Positions 62,741 through 64,000 of a stretch of 64,000 nucleotides of DNA are shown piece by piece. Position numbers and translations under genes: made by a program. How positions within the stretch are numbered: the first letter of the stretch is position 1; every line of letters begins with the position of its first letter. The notes under the pieces are model-generated. The model ran no database searches. It saw nothing but the letters and a program-made list of their open reading frames with translations, and was not told the origin of the DNA. Origin of the DNA: Trichodelitschia bisporula (lineage: Eukaryota); contig ML996690.1 in the NCBI GenBank assembly GCA_010356995.1, forward strand, positions 1,024,217 to 1,088,216, read 5' to 3'.

Positions 62741-63963
62741 CTAGTTCAGACGCTCGAAGTAGACCCGGTCACCCTCTTTGACCCACTTTCCGAGCATCGA
62801 GTTGATGCGGGCGAAGGGATACGAGTTCCACGTGACACGATCAGGCTCAAGAACCCAGAAGTGATCATTGTCCACGGCGCCAACCGGCTTCAACTGGTCA
62901 CCAGCCATGTTCTTACGGCGACCGACGCGATGGCCAGCCGCGATGTTGTCCTGGTAAACCTCCGGACGAGTCCGACCCTGCCAAGATAAAGCACCGTTGG
63001 GAAGCCGACCCGGGCCGTAAGGGGGGTAGCCGACGGGATAACCGCCAGGATATCCGCCCGGGTAGCCACCTGGGTAGCTACCAGGGTAGTACGGGGGGGC
63101 GCCAGTGACATAGTCAGTTGGATAGGCCGGAGGGTAGCCAGGGGGATACCCAGAAACGACGGGAGGACCGTAGACAGGAGGCATGGCCCCACCAGGCAGA
63201 TACGGATACTACATATCAATGAGCTTTAAACGCTAAGAAGCACGAAGAGTGAGACCAACCGGTTTGCCCGCGTACTGGGAACCAGGATAACCGGTGATGG
63301 GCGGATCCGGCGTCGCAGTAGTTGCAGCTGAACGGCGAGCCTGGTAAGTGTACGTCTCTGCGCGGTTGTCGAACGGTTGAGGGCCTTCGTTCCACTGGCG
63401 CCGAGGGTATGCCATGATCGGTTGCTGGATGTTTGGGGGCTGACCGATCGACTCGTTAGATCTTTTCTAAAGCGAACGGGGAAAGAGAAGTTTTGTTCAA
63501 GTAGAAGTTGTTGACGAGGAGGAGGAAGGGCCAAGTCTGTGTGGCAAATGGCGGGGCAATTCGCTGCGTGGAAGGCAACTATGCCCTCATGACATAGCGG
63601 TGTCGGCAGAATGGGGAAGTCGCGAGGGGGTATGGGCGGGGTGGATGACAAGGAAGCCACAGTGGTGTGAGGAAAGAGGAAGGCACGTCGGGCGATGATT
63701 AAGAGAGGGCAGTACAGACAATAACTCACGAGGGCAGGGACTAAAGCACCCCCGTACTCGACGCCGCCATAATCGACGAAATGGTCGTTCAAAGGTGCAA
63801 AGCGACCAACGCCGCCATGGTCGACGAAATGACCGTCCAAAGGCGCAAAGCGACCACGAAGGCCCCGGCCCGCCCGACCCGGATAGTGGAGGACTTGTCC
63901 ATCCACAAACATCCCGGCACGGGGCATACGGCCCTCCAGCTCGAACTCCCTGAACCGATGCAT
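62741..63963 (-). CDS. Hypothetical Gly/Tyr/Pro-rich protein with a small Trp-containing C-terminal domain; may extend beyond the window
   Basis: Exons 63963-63730, 63439-63260, 63208-62741 join in phase 0 with canonical signals. (G)YPG/YPP repeats are followed by WQGRTRPEVYQDN..FWVLEPD..GKW. An alternative start lies at ATG 63415. Confidence 0.65.
63761..63856. repeat. 48-bp tandem duplication (2 copies)
   Basis: Encodes GRFAPLDGHFVDHGGV / GRFAPLNDHFVDYGGV on the minus strand. Confidence 0.85.
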
Positions 63964-64000
63964 TGCCTTCGCAGGAAAGAGGGTCAGGGTTGGTATTTGG

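Noticed and set aside
1..64000. tRNA, rRNA, CRISPR arrays, transposons or prokaryotic defence systems
   Set aside because: No cloverleaf or T-loop in a proper context, no repeat-spacer periodicity, and no transposase, reverse transcriptase or terminal repeats were seen; the sequence is an intron-containing fungal housekeeping region.

Overview
Eukaryotic, gene-dense genomic DNA from a filamentous ascomycete (Pezizomycotina-type proteins; GT-AG introns with CTRAC branch points, mostly only 42-60 nt). About 22 protein-coding genes can be built by hand. In order: a partial PQ-loop protein, a Methyltransf_32-like SAM methyltransferase, a C2H2 protein, TIM22, a DUF4048-like protein, a Sid1-like STE20 kinase, a GH28 rhamnogalacturonase, GCP5, a GT15 mannosyltransferase, MET12-type MTHFR, ERG7, Rad9/Crb2, APM1, a hypothetical protein, NOP10, LCL2, SGT1, TRA1, an MPP6-like zinc knuckle protein, the complex I NDUFS6 subunit and two further hypothetical genes. 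I found no tRNA, rRNA, CRISPR array, transposon or secondary-metabolite cluster. The most interesting signals are: (1) an abnormally long (360 nt) last intron of APM1 that is largely self-complementary, with a GNRA hairpin and crossing helices, a candidate intronic ncRNA or splicing switch; (2) a 3-nt micro-exon; (3) an atypical charged Pro-rich repeat tail on the GH28 enzyme; (4) an apparently frameshifted orphan gene. All calls come from reading the sequence and recalling family motifs; no searches or folding programs were run.
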